Source of the DNA: a virus
DNA length: 64,000 nt
Virus record (IMG/VR): IMGVR_UViG_3300032770_000009
Coordinates: 32,001 to 96,000 of that record
Strand: one strand, 5' to 3'
A program made the translations under genes and the position numbers. Shown here one piece after another: positions 25,501 to 36,416 of the stretch; the first letter of the stretch is position 1, and every line of letters begins with the position of its first letter. The notes beneath the pieces were generated by a model. It was not told the origin of the DNA. It saw only the letters and a program-made list of their open reading frames with translations, and did no database searches.

Positions 25501-25928
25501 ATTTTAGGAGGAAAGTGGGACTTTACTGCATAGAGAAATGCCCTAAGTGCAGAAAGAACGTGTGTAAGTTCACCAGTAATCATGGTCACAACCTAAGTAA
25601 ATGGCAACACGAATGCAAGGGCTGCGGAGGAAAATGGGATGTCTCGTTTGTTCCGGGGAAAGACTAGAGTAAAACTTTCAGTAGTAGAAGATCACTGGCC
25701 GGAAATTCGTATAGTAGAAGATATACCTGTAGAAGGTATTACGCCGCAGGCTCTTATAATCCGCGTAGGGAGTGTCTTCACTTACGATTCAGATCCGAAG
25801 GCAAGAACAGGAATATGGGTAAATTACGATTCTGGCGACGGAGACAATCTCTACGGGCCGGTACTGATGGATTACGAAAGCTGGAAAAAAGTAAACAAGC
25901 ACGTAAAGAAGCGATGGAGGGACAGAAC

Positions 25929-26306
25929 ATGGCCAATCTACATCTGGTTCGACAAGATGACGGCGAAATTGTCCGCGTTGGACATACAGTTGAGATAAGC
26001 AAAGTCATAGAAATTACAGATATACTCAGCACCAATTCTTACAAAGGTAGTGCCTTTGTAAAAGGCGATGACGGAAAGCGCTATCTAGTAGGAACAGAAT
26101 GGGACTTCAAGTTCGCTACTCCTAAGACATGGCCTCCGAGACCTGGGGATGTATGGAAGACCAACGATGTTAAATACGCCGCTATAGCACGCGGTGACAT
26201 TATAGTGCTAGAACCAATGACAACCAATGACAGGAATGTCGTACTTCCTTCAGATTTCGGTTCGTTCCTCGCGCAGAACCCAATACTAGTCTACCGCGAA
26301 AGGTAA
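25929..26306 (+). CDS. Hypothetical protein, WPP paralog family
   Basis: Start MANLH with GGAGG RBS; WPPRPGDVWK..PILVYR. Confidence 0.6.
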   Translation: MANLHLVRQDDGEIVRVGHTVEISKVIEITDILSTNSYKGSAFVKGDDGKRYLVGTEWDFKFATPKTWPPRPGDVWKTNDVKYAAIARGDIIVLEPMTTNDRNVVLPSDFGSFLAQNPILVYRER

Positions 26307-28162
26307 GCTATGGACATCATAAAAGGAAGTAATGTAAAAGTTACCCTTAAAGGTATCGTGACGGAAGTAGTTCAGGGAGGATTTTGGATCAAGCACCCAG
26401 ATAGTCCTAACTCAAGTTTCATCTACACGGGTCATGGGGTCACTGTAGAAGACATGCCCCTAGAAAGCCCAGAGAGCCAATCTGGGAGGGTTTATAAGCT
26501 AGACGAGTCCGGGGCAGCAGTTAGGGCTTAAAGTCGATCAGCGTGGCTGTACGGGCCTTACAGGAGGTACTATGAACAAGGAAGAGATCGTAGATGAGAT
26601 ACATAAAAAATTTTATTCCGAAACTAGCCTTGAGCCGCTTCGCCAGGCATATGATTTCGGTTACGAAGAAGGCTACCGTGACGGCTTCAAAGATGGTCAG
26701 TACGAAGCGGATCACGGATACCGGGAATGAAATAGACCAGGTGTGGTCGGACGCTGAGATAGGATACTATCTAAGGCAGATAGCTGACAAGATAGACCCT
26801 AATCCTCAGTTCAAGGAGATTTAATGAAATGCGGTTTCAAATGCCCCTCATGCGGTGGAAATTGCAGTAAGGACTCGGTATCCGGTCTGCACTACTGTAA
26901 AACTCACGGCTTGTGGCCTAAGATGAAGTAGGCGGCAAATGCGAGCTAATCTTATAAAACTTATGATACCGAAACAGTGCCCGGAAGAATGCGGCACATG
27001 TCATCATCAGTGCATACAAGACAAAGGTCATAATGTAAAAAAGAAAAAACATATATGCTTCTACGGCCATGAGTGGCAGTAATGGAAAAATTCTGCATGA
27101 TGCCGTGTCCTTACTGTGATAGCTGCTGTCAGTTGCTGTGGCTGCACATACCAATGGTTGTAGAGCATGTATGCGCTAGAAGGCACAGGTACACAAACGA
27201 TGACGTGCTCAAGCCAGTGTGAAAAATGCGAAGGTATATGCACTCAGCTCAGCAAACATGAAATGCACAAGTGCCCTGTAGGACACAAATGGAAAAACGA
27301 ATGGTGGGAAGAATAATTTCCAAGATAGAGGACTAAATTTGCGTAGGTCCATACTGAAAACGCCGTGCTCTAAATGCGGATGCTGGCATGACATAAGAGG
27401 CGCAAGACCTCACTGTGAAAATTGCAACTGCAATCATGTAGGAGCGGGCAGCCGTGTAAACGGTAAATGCCCGTGCTGCGGATACTGATGCCAAGGCTTA
27501 AACTACCGCCTGGAATACCCGACCAGTGCGAAGAAACAAACAGATGCCCTGTATGCGGCGATGACTGTATAGAATACAAAGGGCACAGACCGAAAATAAA
27601 ACATCTGTGCATTAAATGGCATGAATGGGAGTAGAAAATGGCAAGAAAACCGTGTCCTGAAAAATGCCCTGTATGCGGAGGACAATGCCGGTGGACAGCG
27701 GGACATGTGATACTGGACAACACATGGCACCAGTGCTATGTCAACGTTACGCATCCATGGCCTAAAACAGAAGACTAAATAAGAAGGGAGGATGAAATGA
27801 GAAAATACGTGATGCTTTACCTGTTCGGGGTTGTCATGTTCTACGTGTTGCAGTCAGTAAGCCCCGCACTTGGTTTCATGACTATGGCTGCTTCATTTAG
27901 TCTTCCCTTCCTTAAATACTCACTGCGGGCAGCCAGAATAGAAGACGAAAGATGCAGGAGTGAAAATCTCAGGGGAATACGCTGATGGTTGACTGCAACT
28001 ACAAGTGGACTAATACTGACCCCAACGCAGAAAGAGGACCCGACGGCAAGAAACTGCACCCTTTTCACATATGCACTAACTTGGCTCACGCTTTGGGAAC
28101 GCACAAATGCAAATGCGGTGTAATCAAAGTTAAAGACAAAAGAAATTGAAAAAGGAGGAGAC

Positions 28163-28558
28163 ATGGATTATTTCCACAAAGGCGATCTTGTTACGGTCAC
28201 TATCAGGAACTTTAAGGTTATGGAAGACGACAGTCTGAGAGGTGTTCACGACGGCATAGCATATTCAACAAGAGCAGGAAGAATATCTGACGAAATTTTC
28301 CTGTCACAGTACAGCGGAGAAATCTCAGCTGTCAAGGAAACACGTGCCAGCGATTTCCGTCCGAAGGTAGGAGATATCTATAAGGCAGACGGCAAGATCT
28401 GGTATGTCAGGAAATACAACGGTTACAGCGGCACAGTAGTAATCGAAGACGGAGAAGGAAACTCTTACTCTGACGACAAGTACAACTTGAGCAACGAACT
28501 GGAAAGTTTCGGAAGGAAAATGCCCAGGCTACTGGTAAGAGACGGCAAGGAGGTTTAA
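28163..28558 (+). CDS. Hypothetical protein, WPP paralog family
   Basis: FRPKVGDIYK..WYVR..PRLLVRDG. Confidence 0.6.
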   Translation: MDYFHKGDLVTVTIRNFKVMEDDSLRGVHDGIAYSTRAGRISDEIFLSQYSGEISAVKETRASDFRPKVGDIYKADGKIWYVRKYNGYSGTVVIEDGEGNSYSDDKYNLSNELESFGRKMPRLLVRDGKEV

Positions 28559-29437
28559 TGAGCAGTCACAGATGCCAGGAAAAATGCTGCAAATGCGATT
28601 ATCAGTGCTGTCTTCTGAAAGACCACGCAGGGTACGAGTTCATAAAGAAGCACTATTGCTCAGTGCATTTCTACATGGTAGATCCAAGACCGTCTGAGTA
28701 AAAGGAAACATGTCGAAACTAAGCAGAGAACAGCAGGCATCAAAAAACGGGGGATGGTATTCCTGCACTTCCAAATGCCCTAAATGCGGCAGGGAATGCA
28801 GCACGTTCACAGGAAGAACTCCCTCCGCTGAACATGAAAAGCACATGTACTCCTCTATGCCAGCGCACTCTAAAATAAGAGGCGGCGACAATCACAAGTG
28901 CACTAGCTGCTGGGTGTACTGGGCATAGTCTAGCAAAGGAAAAATACAATGGGTATGAGAAAAAACAACAACGGCCGGTGCCCTTCACGATGTGACAGAG
29001 GGAAACTTACCGACAGATGCACAAACCAGTGCAATCTACAGATCAACCATCACCGTGATTTCTATTACGATGACGATGATAACAAGATTCCGCAGACACC
29101 AAAGAAAATGCACGACTGCGGCAAGCACTAATGGCTAATATTGACCCAGACTGCACTTATCAGCAGTGCGGGCACAGAAGAGGCAGCACTACAGGACCGC
29201 ACTGTATTGACGAAAAATGCCCCAACTGGGTTAACAAATGCGAGAAACACCGTACAGACGGCAAGAATGGAAGTACAATGCCATGGAGATCAAGGAAGCC
29301 TGACAAGTGAGTAACGTATGCGGGATACAGTGCCCTTACTGCGAAGGGCACTGTAAAATTAAACACAAATACAAGCCGCAGCATCATATATGTGATACGA
29401 ATGATTTCCATACATGGACAACTAGTTAGGAGCAGCA

Positions 29438-29968
29438 GTGACTGACGTGGTACTTTGCGAAAACAAATGGGTTTCGCTTATAGAAAGAACACTAGACGGA
29501 CATGACCCTTACGTGTACTCCCATGAAACCAGATGCCAGGGAAGAATAGTCGCGCTGCTTCCTTACAGGGTTAAAGTTGTCAAAGGCATCTGGGAAAACA
29601 CAGAATACAGGGAATATCTAGTTAAAAGCGAGATGACCCCGTGCTGGACCCCGGAAAGGATATACAGTGCTATCACAGGAGGATACGAAGGCGGTGACAT
29701 AGCCGATGACGCTGTTAAGGAAATGCTAGAAGAAACCGGCTATGTTATAGACAAAGACGAACTAATAAGTCTGGGGACAAGTTACGCCAGCAAAAGCTCT
29801 GACACCGTATACAGCCTGTTTACCGTAGATCTTACCGACAAGCAACCGGGAGATGCTAACGGAGACGGAACCGAAGAAACACAGCAGTCAGTATGGATCA
29901 GCGGCGAGGAAATAAAAATGATACAAGACCCGCAAGTATCCGTTATGTACATCCGGTTGCAGCACTGA
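29438..29968 (+). CDS. NUDIX hydrolase
   Basis: GGYEGGDIADDAVKEMLEETGY Nudix box. Confidence 0.75.
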   Translation: MTDVVLCENKWVSLIERTLDGHDPYVYSHETRCQGRIVALLPYRVKVVKGIWENTEYREYLVKSEMTPCWTPERIYSAITGGYEGGDIADDAVKEMLEETGYVIDKDELISLGTSYASKSSDTVYSLFTVDLTDKQPGDANGDGTEETQQSVWISGEEIKMIQDPQVSVMYIRLQH

Positions 29969-30958
29969 AATAAAGGAGGAACAATGGGACTTATAATGTG
30001 CGATGCGAAATGCCCGTCATGCGGAGACAAATGCCAGTGGACAAAATCATGGCACGCCAGATATCCGGGTGACGGTCATGTATGCAAGAGATACAAGCAT
30101 TTGTGGCCGAGATAGGAAAATCAGATGACTGAAGAAATACAGCAAGCCTACCGTGATCTAGACGCGGCGCTCACACGTATCAAAAACACCAAGCCGGGAA
30201 AAACAACTAGCGGACTGGAAGCACTGTACGGCAACGCATACTCCAGACTAGTACGACTCGGTGAGCGGCCTAAACTAAGAGGAAAATACAGGATTCAGTA
30301 AATGGCTGAAGAAATGTTCAGCAGCGAAGAAATCCGTACAATAATGTATGAAGTTAACGCTCCAGGAATGCTGAAAGTAAAAGACAGATACGGGATGCCG
30401 GTACTAATACCCGCCCAGTCAGTCACAGAAATATTCCCTAACTGGGAAGGTAAAATACACTACAAAACAGCAGGCGGCTCATACTACACCGGCCCCTACA
30501 GGCATACCTACGAAATACGAAACGAACTGGAACGAGTAGCAACACTAATAGCTTAAGACTCCAGCAAGGAAAAACAATGACACTTAAACCAGGAAACAGA
30601 ATAGGCATCCCCAAATGTACCTGTCAGTGGACAGACAGAGGCGACTACGAAGGGCAAGGCGGAAAAGGGCCAAAAGATTCTGATATGGAAAGAAGAGAGT
30701 GGATGGGCAAAACATACTATCGTCTGATAACTAGTCATGACTGCCCAGTACACAGTTAGGAAAATTCATGAAAATAAAACAGCGCTTCAGTGAACTGATG
30801 ACGGTATTAATGGTCATAGGAGACCAGATTATGGGCTTGAGGCAGGATATAACAGAACTTAGGAAAGAGCTGGCGGAATACAACGGCAGAGAAGCTAAAG
30901 ATATTACGATGCGCTGGGAGTAAACAGGCTCGCCGCCACCTAAATAGAAAGAAGGAAC

Positions 30959-31276
30959 ATGGAACAACTAAAACCAGTAGTACAAACTAATGATGTAAAT
31001 TTTGGATACAAGCTGAAAAGGCTGCTGGAACTAAACCCAGGTAAGCTAATCAGAAACACTAGTCTATCAACAGCGCTATCTTGTGCTACAAGTCAAATCA
31101 CAGGAGCTATAACACATCTAAATAGAAGACTAGACACGGACGTGCATTTCGTAGCTCAGGAAATACCAGGAGCACCAAGAGGACTGTACTACTATGGCCC
31201 GAAAATTCAGCAGGATGAACTACTAAAGATGCTGGATACATATACAGGTGTAGATGACCTAGAGATTCCCTGGTAA
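30959..31276 (+). CDS. Hypothetical protein, possible HTH DNA-binding
   Basis: LSTALSCATSQITGAITHL helix-turn-helix-like segment; last plus-strand gene. Confidence 0.45.
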   Translation: MEQLKPVVQTNDVNFGYKLKRLLELNPGKLIRNTSLSTALSCATSQITGAITHLNRRLDTDVHFVAQEIPGAPRGLYYYGPKIQQDELLKMLDTYTGVDDLEIPW

Positions 31277-31880
31277 TGTGCTACAACCAAATTTAAGCTA
31301 AAAACCAGCCGATTATCACTTATGGTAGTCGGTTTTGGTGTTTCTAAGGCAAAAGCAAGTGTTTAACGTATGTAAAAATCAAACACTTTTCCTTCCACTG
31401 GCTACTGAGAGTGACAATGATAGTAGTCTGAATGTGCTACATATAATGCCATACCACCCTTATGTACTGTCTAACTGAGTCTAAAATCCCTGCGTCTCTA
31501 AAAATTTTACGACCCTATCTACTGTTTTACTGTAAAATTGCTAAAACATTCAACTCAGATCTGGTCTCCCCCACTCTCAGAAACGGACATTAAGGATGGG
31601 GGGGTACATAACGGACATTAACTGTAACGGGATGATAACGAAATGGATGTGTGACTTGACAATGCAATACTTGTATGAATGTGAATGTGTGCAGAGTATG
31701 TATGCATGTCTATGTCGTCATGTTTCACGTGAAACTTGGAGGAAATTGCTGCCTGGCTATATTACGTGTGTATACGCATATATCTATGTTGTGTTAATCA
31801 TACTCATGTTAGTTACTGGTTATATTTAAGGGTATTAATAATTCTAGTGGGCGGCGGCAGAGAGTAACGGGTTATTGCTA
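31277..31880. other. Long AT-rich non-coding region at the convergence of transcription (candidate genome end or origin)
   Basis: No credible ORF; hairpin at about 31305-31338; composition shifts to higher GC to the right. Confidence 0.4.
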
Positions 31881-32139
31881 AAAGTAACTCCCCTCTGTAC
31901 GGGGCAGAGGGGAGGCTAGGAGCGGCTGAACTAGTGGGGGGTTGTCCGGGTACCTAGGGACTGGTCTAGATGGCTTAGCGTGTCTCTGCGGCCCATCCAA
32001 GGGGTAACAGGGACAGTGAAGCCCTTGCATATCCACCATGGGCAAAGCTGACGGAAAATGGCCTCCCCGCAAATGCATTTAGCGGCTTGCCAGTAACCAG
32101 CGGTAGAGACTGGCTTATTGGCGTTAACGTGAAAATGCA

Positions 32140-32484
32140 TTAGCTGATAACCAGCGCTGTGATTACGGAGATACCGGCCATGGCGAGGATAGAGAGAGTG
32201 ATAGCCGTTTCGTCGTTAATAGTTGGGCGGGGAAAACTCAAGCTCCGGATAAAGCGACTGGCCTTATTGCGGAGCTTGATTAGCGGGGTAAACAGGTTAT
32301 CGTCAGCCGTTACCTCTGCCATACGGTACGAATAAGGCATTCCGTCATAGATAACGGGTAGCAGTGTGGTTTCAGTAATCGATGCTTTACGCGGCATGGT
32401 CTTGGTGTGCTTAGGCGCGCGGGTGTTAACGGGCATAGTAGGAGCATGCATTTCCAGAGTCCTTAAATGAAAAGAGGGGGGCAT
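32140..32484 (-). CDS. Hypothetical protein with C-terminal TM helix
   Basis: ORF track. Confidence 0.45.
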   Translation of the reverse strand: MPPSFHLRTLEMHAPTMPVNTRAPKHTKTMPRKASITETTLLPVIYDGMPYSYRMAEVTADDNLFTPLIKLRNKASRFIRSLSFPRPTINDETAITLSILAMAGISVITALVIS

Positions 32485-32508
32485 TTAGCCCCCCTCTGCC
32501 GGATTTGG

Positions 32509-33099
32509 TTACTTGGCTTCGGTAGCGGGGATAACAGCACGCTCGCCAGCGTTGAATTTATCCGGGGTAATGCCGGTAGCGGTTTGGAACTTGATAACCA
32601 CATCCTGAGACATCTTGCCCTGGTTGCCGATGGGGTTGCCGTTAGCACCCTTCCAGCCCATCGCAGACGCATAGGCGCGTACATGCTTCGTGTATGCGTT
32701 GCCCTTACCGGAGTTAGCGTTGGAATTGGCTTGAGGCTTCGGACGCGCGCCTAGGAGTGAGAGAAGTTCAGCGACCGGGCCGCCACGAAGGAAAGACCAA
32801 AGTGCGGTGATGGTGGCGAGCGGAACCGAGGAAAGCGACGCGATGACGAAAAACAGGTTGCGGTGATCGTTGTCCATAAAGAACGACTCAAGTGCAGTGA
32901 ACGTGTCATTGTGCATGTCCACGTCCTTCGTGAACGCGGTGGCGAATATCTCTCCGTTAGCGTCGATACGGGAGACAGTTACGCGGTAGGAGTTAACGTC
33001 AATCCATTCGCCGAGGTCATCGGTAACGCCACTGTAAACCTTCCCGGTGATGTCATCGGTAACGGTGATGGACTCGATAACCTTAACCGTGCGTGCCAT
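32509..33099 (-). CDS. Lsr2-like nucleoid-associated protein
   Basis: N-terminal V..DDITG..DVDM dimerisation-like part; C-terminal VRAYASAMG..IGNQGKMSQDVVIKF resembles the Lsr2 DNA-binding domain. Confidence 0.6.
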   Translation of the reverse strand: MARTVKVIESITVTDDITGKVYSGVTDDLGEWIDVNSYRVTVSRIDANGEIFATAFTKDVDMHNDTFTALESFFMDNDHRNLFFVIASLSSVPLATITALWSFLRGGPVAELLSLLGARPKPQANSNANSGKGNAYTKHVRAYASAMGWKGANGNPIGNQGKMSQDVVIKFQTATGITPDKFNAGERAVIPATEAK

Positions 33100-33149
33100 T
33101 TTCGTTTCCTCTTTCTGAGTTGGTTTTGCGGTGTTTGCGGGTGGCTGGT

Positions 33150-33431
33150 TTAAATGGAATCGGCGAGGATATGGTTAGTGCCCCATCGGTAACAGTTGAC
33201 AAGAGCCATTTTGCCGACGAAAACAGGCCCCTCTGTAACCGTCTCGAATACGCACTTGGTGAGCGTTTCAGCCTTGATTTCCCTGATCTGATAGAAGCCC
33301 TGAGAATCACGGATGATGTCCCCCACCTTGAAGTCAGTGGGACGCGCACCGTATACGCGCCAAAACCCCATGGTGCCAGGCTGTATACATTCCTGCTCCA
33401 AAAGGGCATCTATGTCCGTTCGGATGATCAT
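33150..33431 (-). CDS. Hypothetical protein
   Basis: ORF track; follows a candidate promoter region. Confidence 0.5.
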   Translation of the reverse strand: MIIRTDIDALLEQECIQPGTMGFWRVYGARPTDFKVGDIIRDSQGFYQIREIKAETLTKCVFETVTEGPVFVGKMALVNCYRWGTNHILADSI

Positions 33432-33549
33432 TCTGTCTCACTCCGTTTCGTTTCGATCGGGCCTTACGGCAGTAAGCCTAGTCGGTTTCAGGGGTCGAAA
33501 CCAAACTTTTGAGGGTTTTGATGGTCACAGGTTGATAACGCTTCTGAGG

Positions 33550-33867
33550 CTAGAAACGTGACGCCGTTATAGCTTTAGCCATGGCATCGCCGAAAACGGA
33601 GCCGTCCGTCTTATTGCGAAACAGAGTTGAGAAGTAAGAGCCGTTATCCCACTCATACAGTCCACGTGCAACCGTGTGCTCCCATATACGCCCGACCACG
33701 TATTCGTGCTTTCTGGGGTCGTAACCCACGAATACAACATACTCCAGCATCGAGTTACTGAATGGCGGGACCACGGTCACACTCTCGGAATACTGCGGAA
33801 TCAGCGTAACCAAGTTATAGCCGTTAATCGTCTGCCGTGCGAGTATAGAGCTAATCCATTCCTGCAT
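33550..33867 (-). CDS. Hypothetical protein
   Basis: ORF track. Confidence 0.5.
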   Translation of the reverse strand: MQEWISSILARQTINGYNLVTLIPQYSESVTVVPPFSNSMLEYVVFVGYDPRKHEYVVGRIWEHTVARGLYEWDNGSYFSTLFRNKTDGSVFGDAMAKAITASRF

Positions 33868-33928
33868 TTCGAGTGCCTTTCACGTGATGTTCGTTTTGGA
33901 GAGAGTTAATTTTAGGTTTACTCTGGAA

Positions 33929-33960
33929 TTAAGGGGGAGGATAAATATCCTCCCCCTTAA
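33929..33960 (-). terminator. Terminator-like hairpin after the helicase
   Basis: TTAAGGGGGAGGATA..TATCCTCCCCCTTAA inverted repeat. Confidence 0.6.
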
Positions 33961-33963
33961 TCG

Positions 33964-35424
33964 TTAAGCAGCTACGTCAGTAAGCCAGTCGGACGCCTCT
34001 CCTAGACCGATACCGTACTTTGCACGGGTAATAGCAGTGTAAAGCAGCATTGCGAATTCGGGGGAAATAGCATCCTCCAAATCCACATCTTTATCTTCAG
34101 CGGGGTTTTTGAATCCCACTAGCTGAACATAATCGAATTCTTGGCCCTTGGTGCGGTGTGCAGTAGTAATCTTTACATCTGCGTTTTCGTTTGTTACCTT
34201 GGAAAGCAGGTCTAGAATGCTTTGCGGCCCGTGTTCATCGATTAGCTTAACGCTAATCGCGTAATCTTCCCCCTCTGGATCTTCTTTAACCCACGTCTTG
34301 AATTGACCCCACGATGTGATACCAGCGAAATCAGGATTAGTGGGAATCATACCAGCCATCAGTTGACCGGATGTTTCCGCTAGGCTTTTCAGTTCTTCTA
34401 CCTGATTTTCAGGCATAGAAACGGAGCGGCCTTTTTCTAGCTCCGAAATAGCACGCGCTAGAACATCGCTGTTAGTACGGCAGAGAATAGCCGTAGGGTT
34501 ATCGATTGTCCTACGGATTTCGGAGGTAATAGCAGGATTGCCGATAATTGGGCTGACATTCTTACCGCTGAACGGCTGTAGGACATTTGCCAGCTCTGCG
34601 ATTTCCTGACCGAAACGATAAGTTTGGTCAAGAGAAAGATAAAGAGCGTTTCTCAGGAATTCGGCGAACATGGCGTCTTTTGCACCAGTCCAGCCGTTTA
34701 TTTCCTGGCACGGGTCTCCGATTAGTGCGATTGGTACCGTTTGCACACGAAGCCAGTATTCAAGTACCTTGAAAAGGTCTTGCCCTTCATCTACCACGCC
34801 ACGCTTTGTGGTTTTAGCCATTTTCCGCCACGAAAACAGCTTAATGCAGTAGTTGAGAATGAAATTAAGCTGGCCGTTGTATGACTTAATGTCATCCCAT
34901 GCTTTAGGCAGATAGTCATTAAGCTCACTACGGAGCACTTTCATATCGGTTGGCGTGTAACCACGAATGCCCTGAATATTCCATGGGCCGATATCACGGG
35001 AGTCTGAAAGTGCGTATTGCCTAAGCGCACGGGTAATGATTCGTGCCTGGGCAGTACGTGAAACGAAATTGCCGGACTCAGGCAGTTCGATTTCGGAATT
35101 GATTCCCAGATATGATGCCATCCTTTCAGAAGACATACCGTAGCGGTTATTAAGACGTGCTTCGTATTTCCCGCTGGACAGACCACGAAAATAGCCGTGG
35201 AAAGTAGAAACAGAGTTGCCCGTAAGGATTTCCTTAGCTTCCCCTACGATTGCCTTGTTAAAGGCAAAGTATTTGTATTCGGTACCGCCACCTTGGAAAG
35301 CGTTGGCGATAACACCTTTAGTCTTACCAGTGCCAGGACCAGCCTTTATAACCACGTGCTTAATCGACGGGTCTTTAAGGGCATTTACCGCATCCTGCTG
35401 CTGAGCATTTGGCTTGTGTGCCAT
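33964..35424 (-). CDS. UvrD/Rep-like superfamily 1 helicase
   Basis: AGPGTGKT, AFNKA, STFH, VDEGQD, IGDPCQEI, TYRFG, CRTN, TAHRTKGQEFD, YTAITRAK. Confidence 0.9.
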   Translation of the reverse strand: MAHKPNAQQQDAVNALKDPSIKHVVIKAGPGTGKTKGVIANAFQGGGTEYKYFAFNKAIVGEAKEILTGNSVSTFHGYFRGLSSGKYEARLNNRYGMSSERMASYLGINSEIELPESGNFVSRTAQARIITRALRQYALSDSRDIGPWNIQGIRGYTPTDMKVLRSELNDYLPKAWDDIKSYNGQLNFILNYCIKLFSWRKMAKTTKRGVVDEGQDLFKVLEYWLRVQTVPIALIGDPCQEINGWTGAKDAMFAEFLRNALYLSLDQTYRFGQEIAELANVLQPFSGKNVSPIIGNPAITSEIRRTIDNPTAILCRTNSDVLARAISELEKGRSVSMPENQVEELKSLAETSGQLMAGMIPTNPDFAGITSWGQFKTWVKEDPEGEDYAISVKLIDEHGPQSILDLLSKVTNENADVKITTAHRTKGQEFDYVQLVGFKNPAEDKDVDLEDAISPEFAMLLYTAITRAKYGIGLGEASDWLTDVAA

Positions 35425-35574
35425 TTTCTTATTCCCTCTCCGTTAAGGATTTAGCGGGCTGGTTTTTGACTGTAAAGCCATACTATGACAATAAAGGGAG
35501 TGGCAGACGCCACTCCCTTGTATCGTGACCATCTTGTGACTAAGTTGTGATCTTTGGGACTGATAACAGCATGA

Positions 35575-36416
35575 TCAGTGAGTGACAGTCACTCTGTGAT
35601 ACGTAACGGCTACCCGGAAAGTATGCGGCTCACTCTCTGACTTACGAGCATTTGGGATAATGGAAATGCTTTTATGAGCATTTCCAACGCGCCATATCCC
35701 GTATTTGATTGCTTTGTCCAGTATTTCAGTGATACCCGTTTCGTAATCACCGTAGTAACATGCGGCTATCCAAAAGCGTGTCCGGTTGTATGAAACATTG
35801 CGCAAGATAACACGCTTTTGCGGGAAAACGCGTCGCATGACTATCCCTTAATGATGTAAGTACCGCAGATAACCATGTATTCGCCATCGATATCTGTCAG
35901 GTTAAACAAGATACCAAATCCGAACGACTGAGATACGTACCACCATTTGTTATCGTGAGGAAACGTTCCCTCAGTGTCGTTAAGATCGTAGTATTCCCCT
36001 TTGTACTTAACGAACGATACGGACTCCCGACCGTGCATAACAGCAATCCAGTCGATATAATCGAAATCATGCTGAGCGTATTCAGGAATCCAGCTAAGGA
36101 TCTCGCGCGGCTGGTGATTAGTGGTAATAATAACTGGCACTTAATTACCCTTTTATCGTGAGATGTCTGTTTCGGAAATGTAGGAAGGTGTGGAGATAAC
36201 GCGAAGTGTTTCAATTCGCGTAACATGCATTCCCTTGTCAGTGAAGTATTTTTTAGCATCTTCGATTGACAAGGCATTGACAGCTAGCGAATGGTGTTCA
36301 CCTGTCGCATCTGTGCATTCCCCATGGCCCGTAGCGGGACAGTAATTAGTTTGCTTGTTATGAGGATTATGGAACGGGTTCTTTGGAGTTTTTATTGTCA
36401 CTATGAACGATTGCAT
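35575..36416 (-). other. Three small hypothetical genes (35575, 35841, 36153)
   Basis: ORF track; RBSs and close packing. Confidence 0.5.

Larger units (their letters stand above)
25515..30114 (+). repeat. Array of paralogous Cys/His microprotein genes (about 35-70 aa)
   Basis: Manual translation gives at least 11 ORFs with C-x3-C-P-x-C-x3-C...H...H-x-C...H-x-W or close variants. Confidence 0.75.

Noticed and set aside
26918-29411. Minus-strand ORFs across the plus-strand island (26918, 27061, 27209, 27370, 27503, 28640, 29160)
   Set aside because: They are shadows of the short plus-strand Cys/His genes, which have RBSs and a shared motif.
31596-32140. ORFs 31596..31829, 31878..32078 and 31931..32140
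   Set aside because: No convincing RBS; they lie in low-complexity or hairpin-rich DNA and are more likely non-coding.
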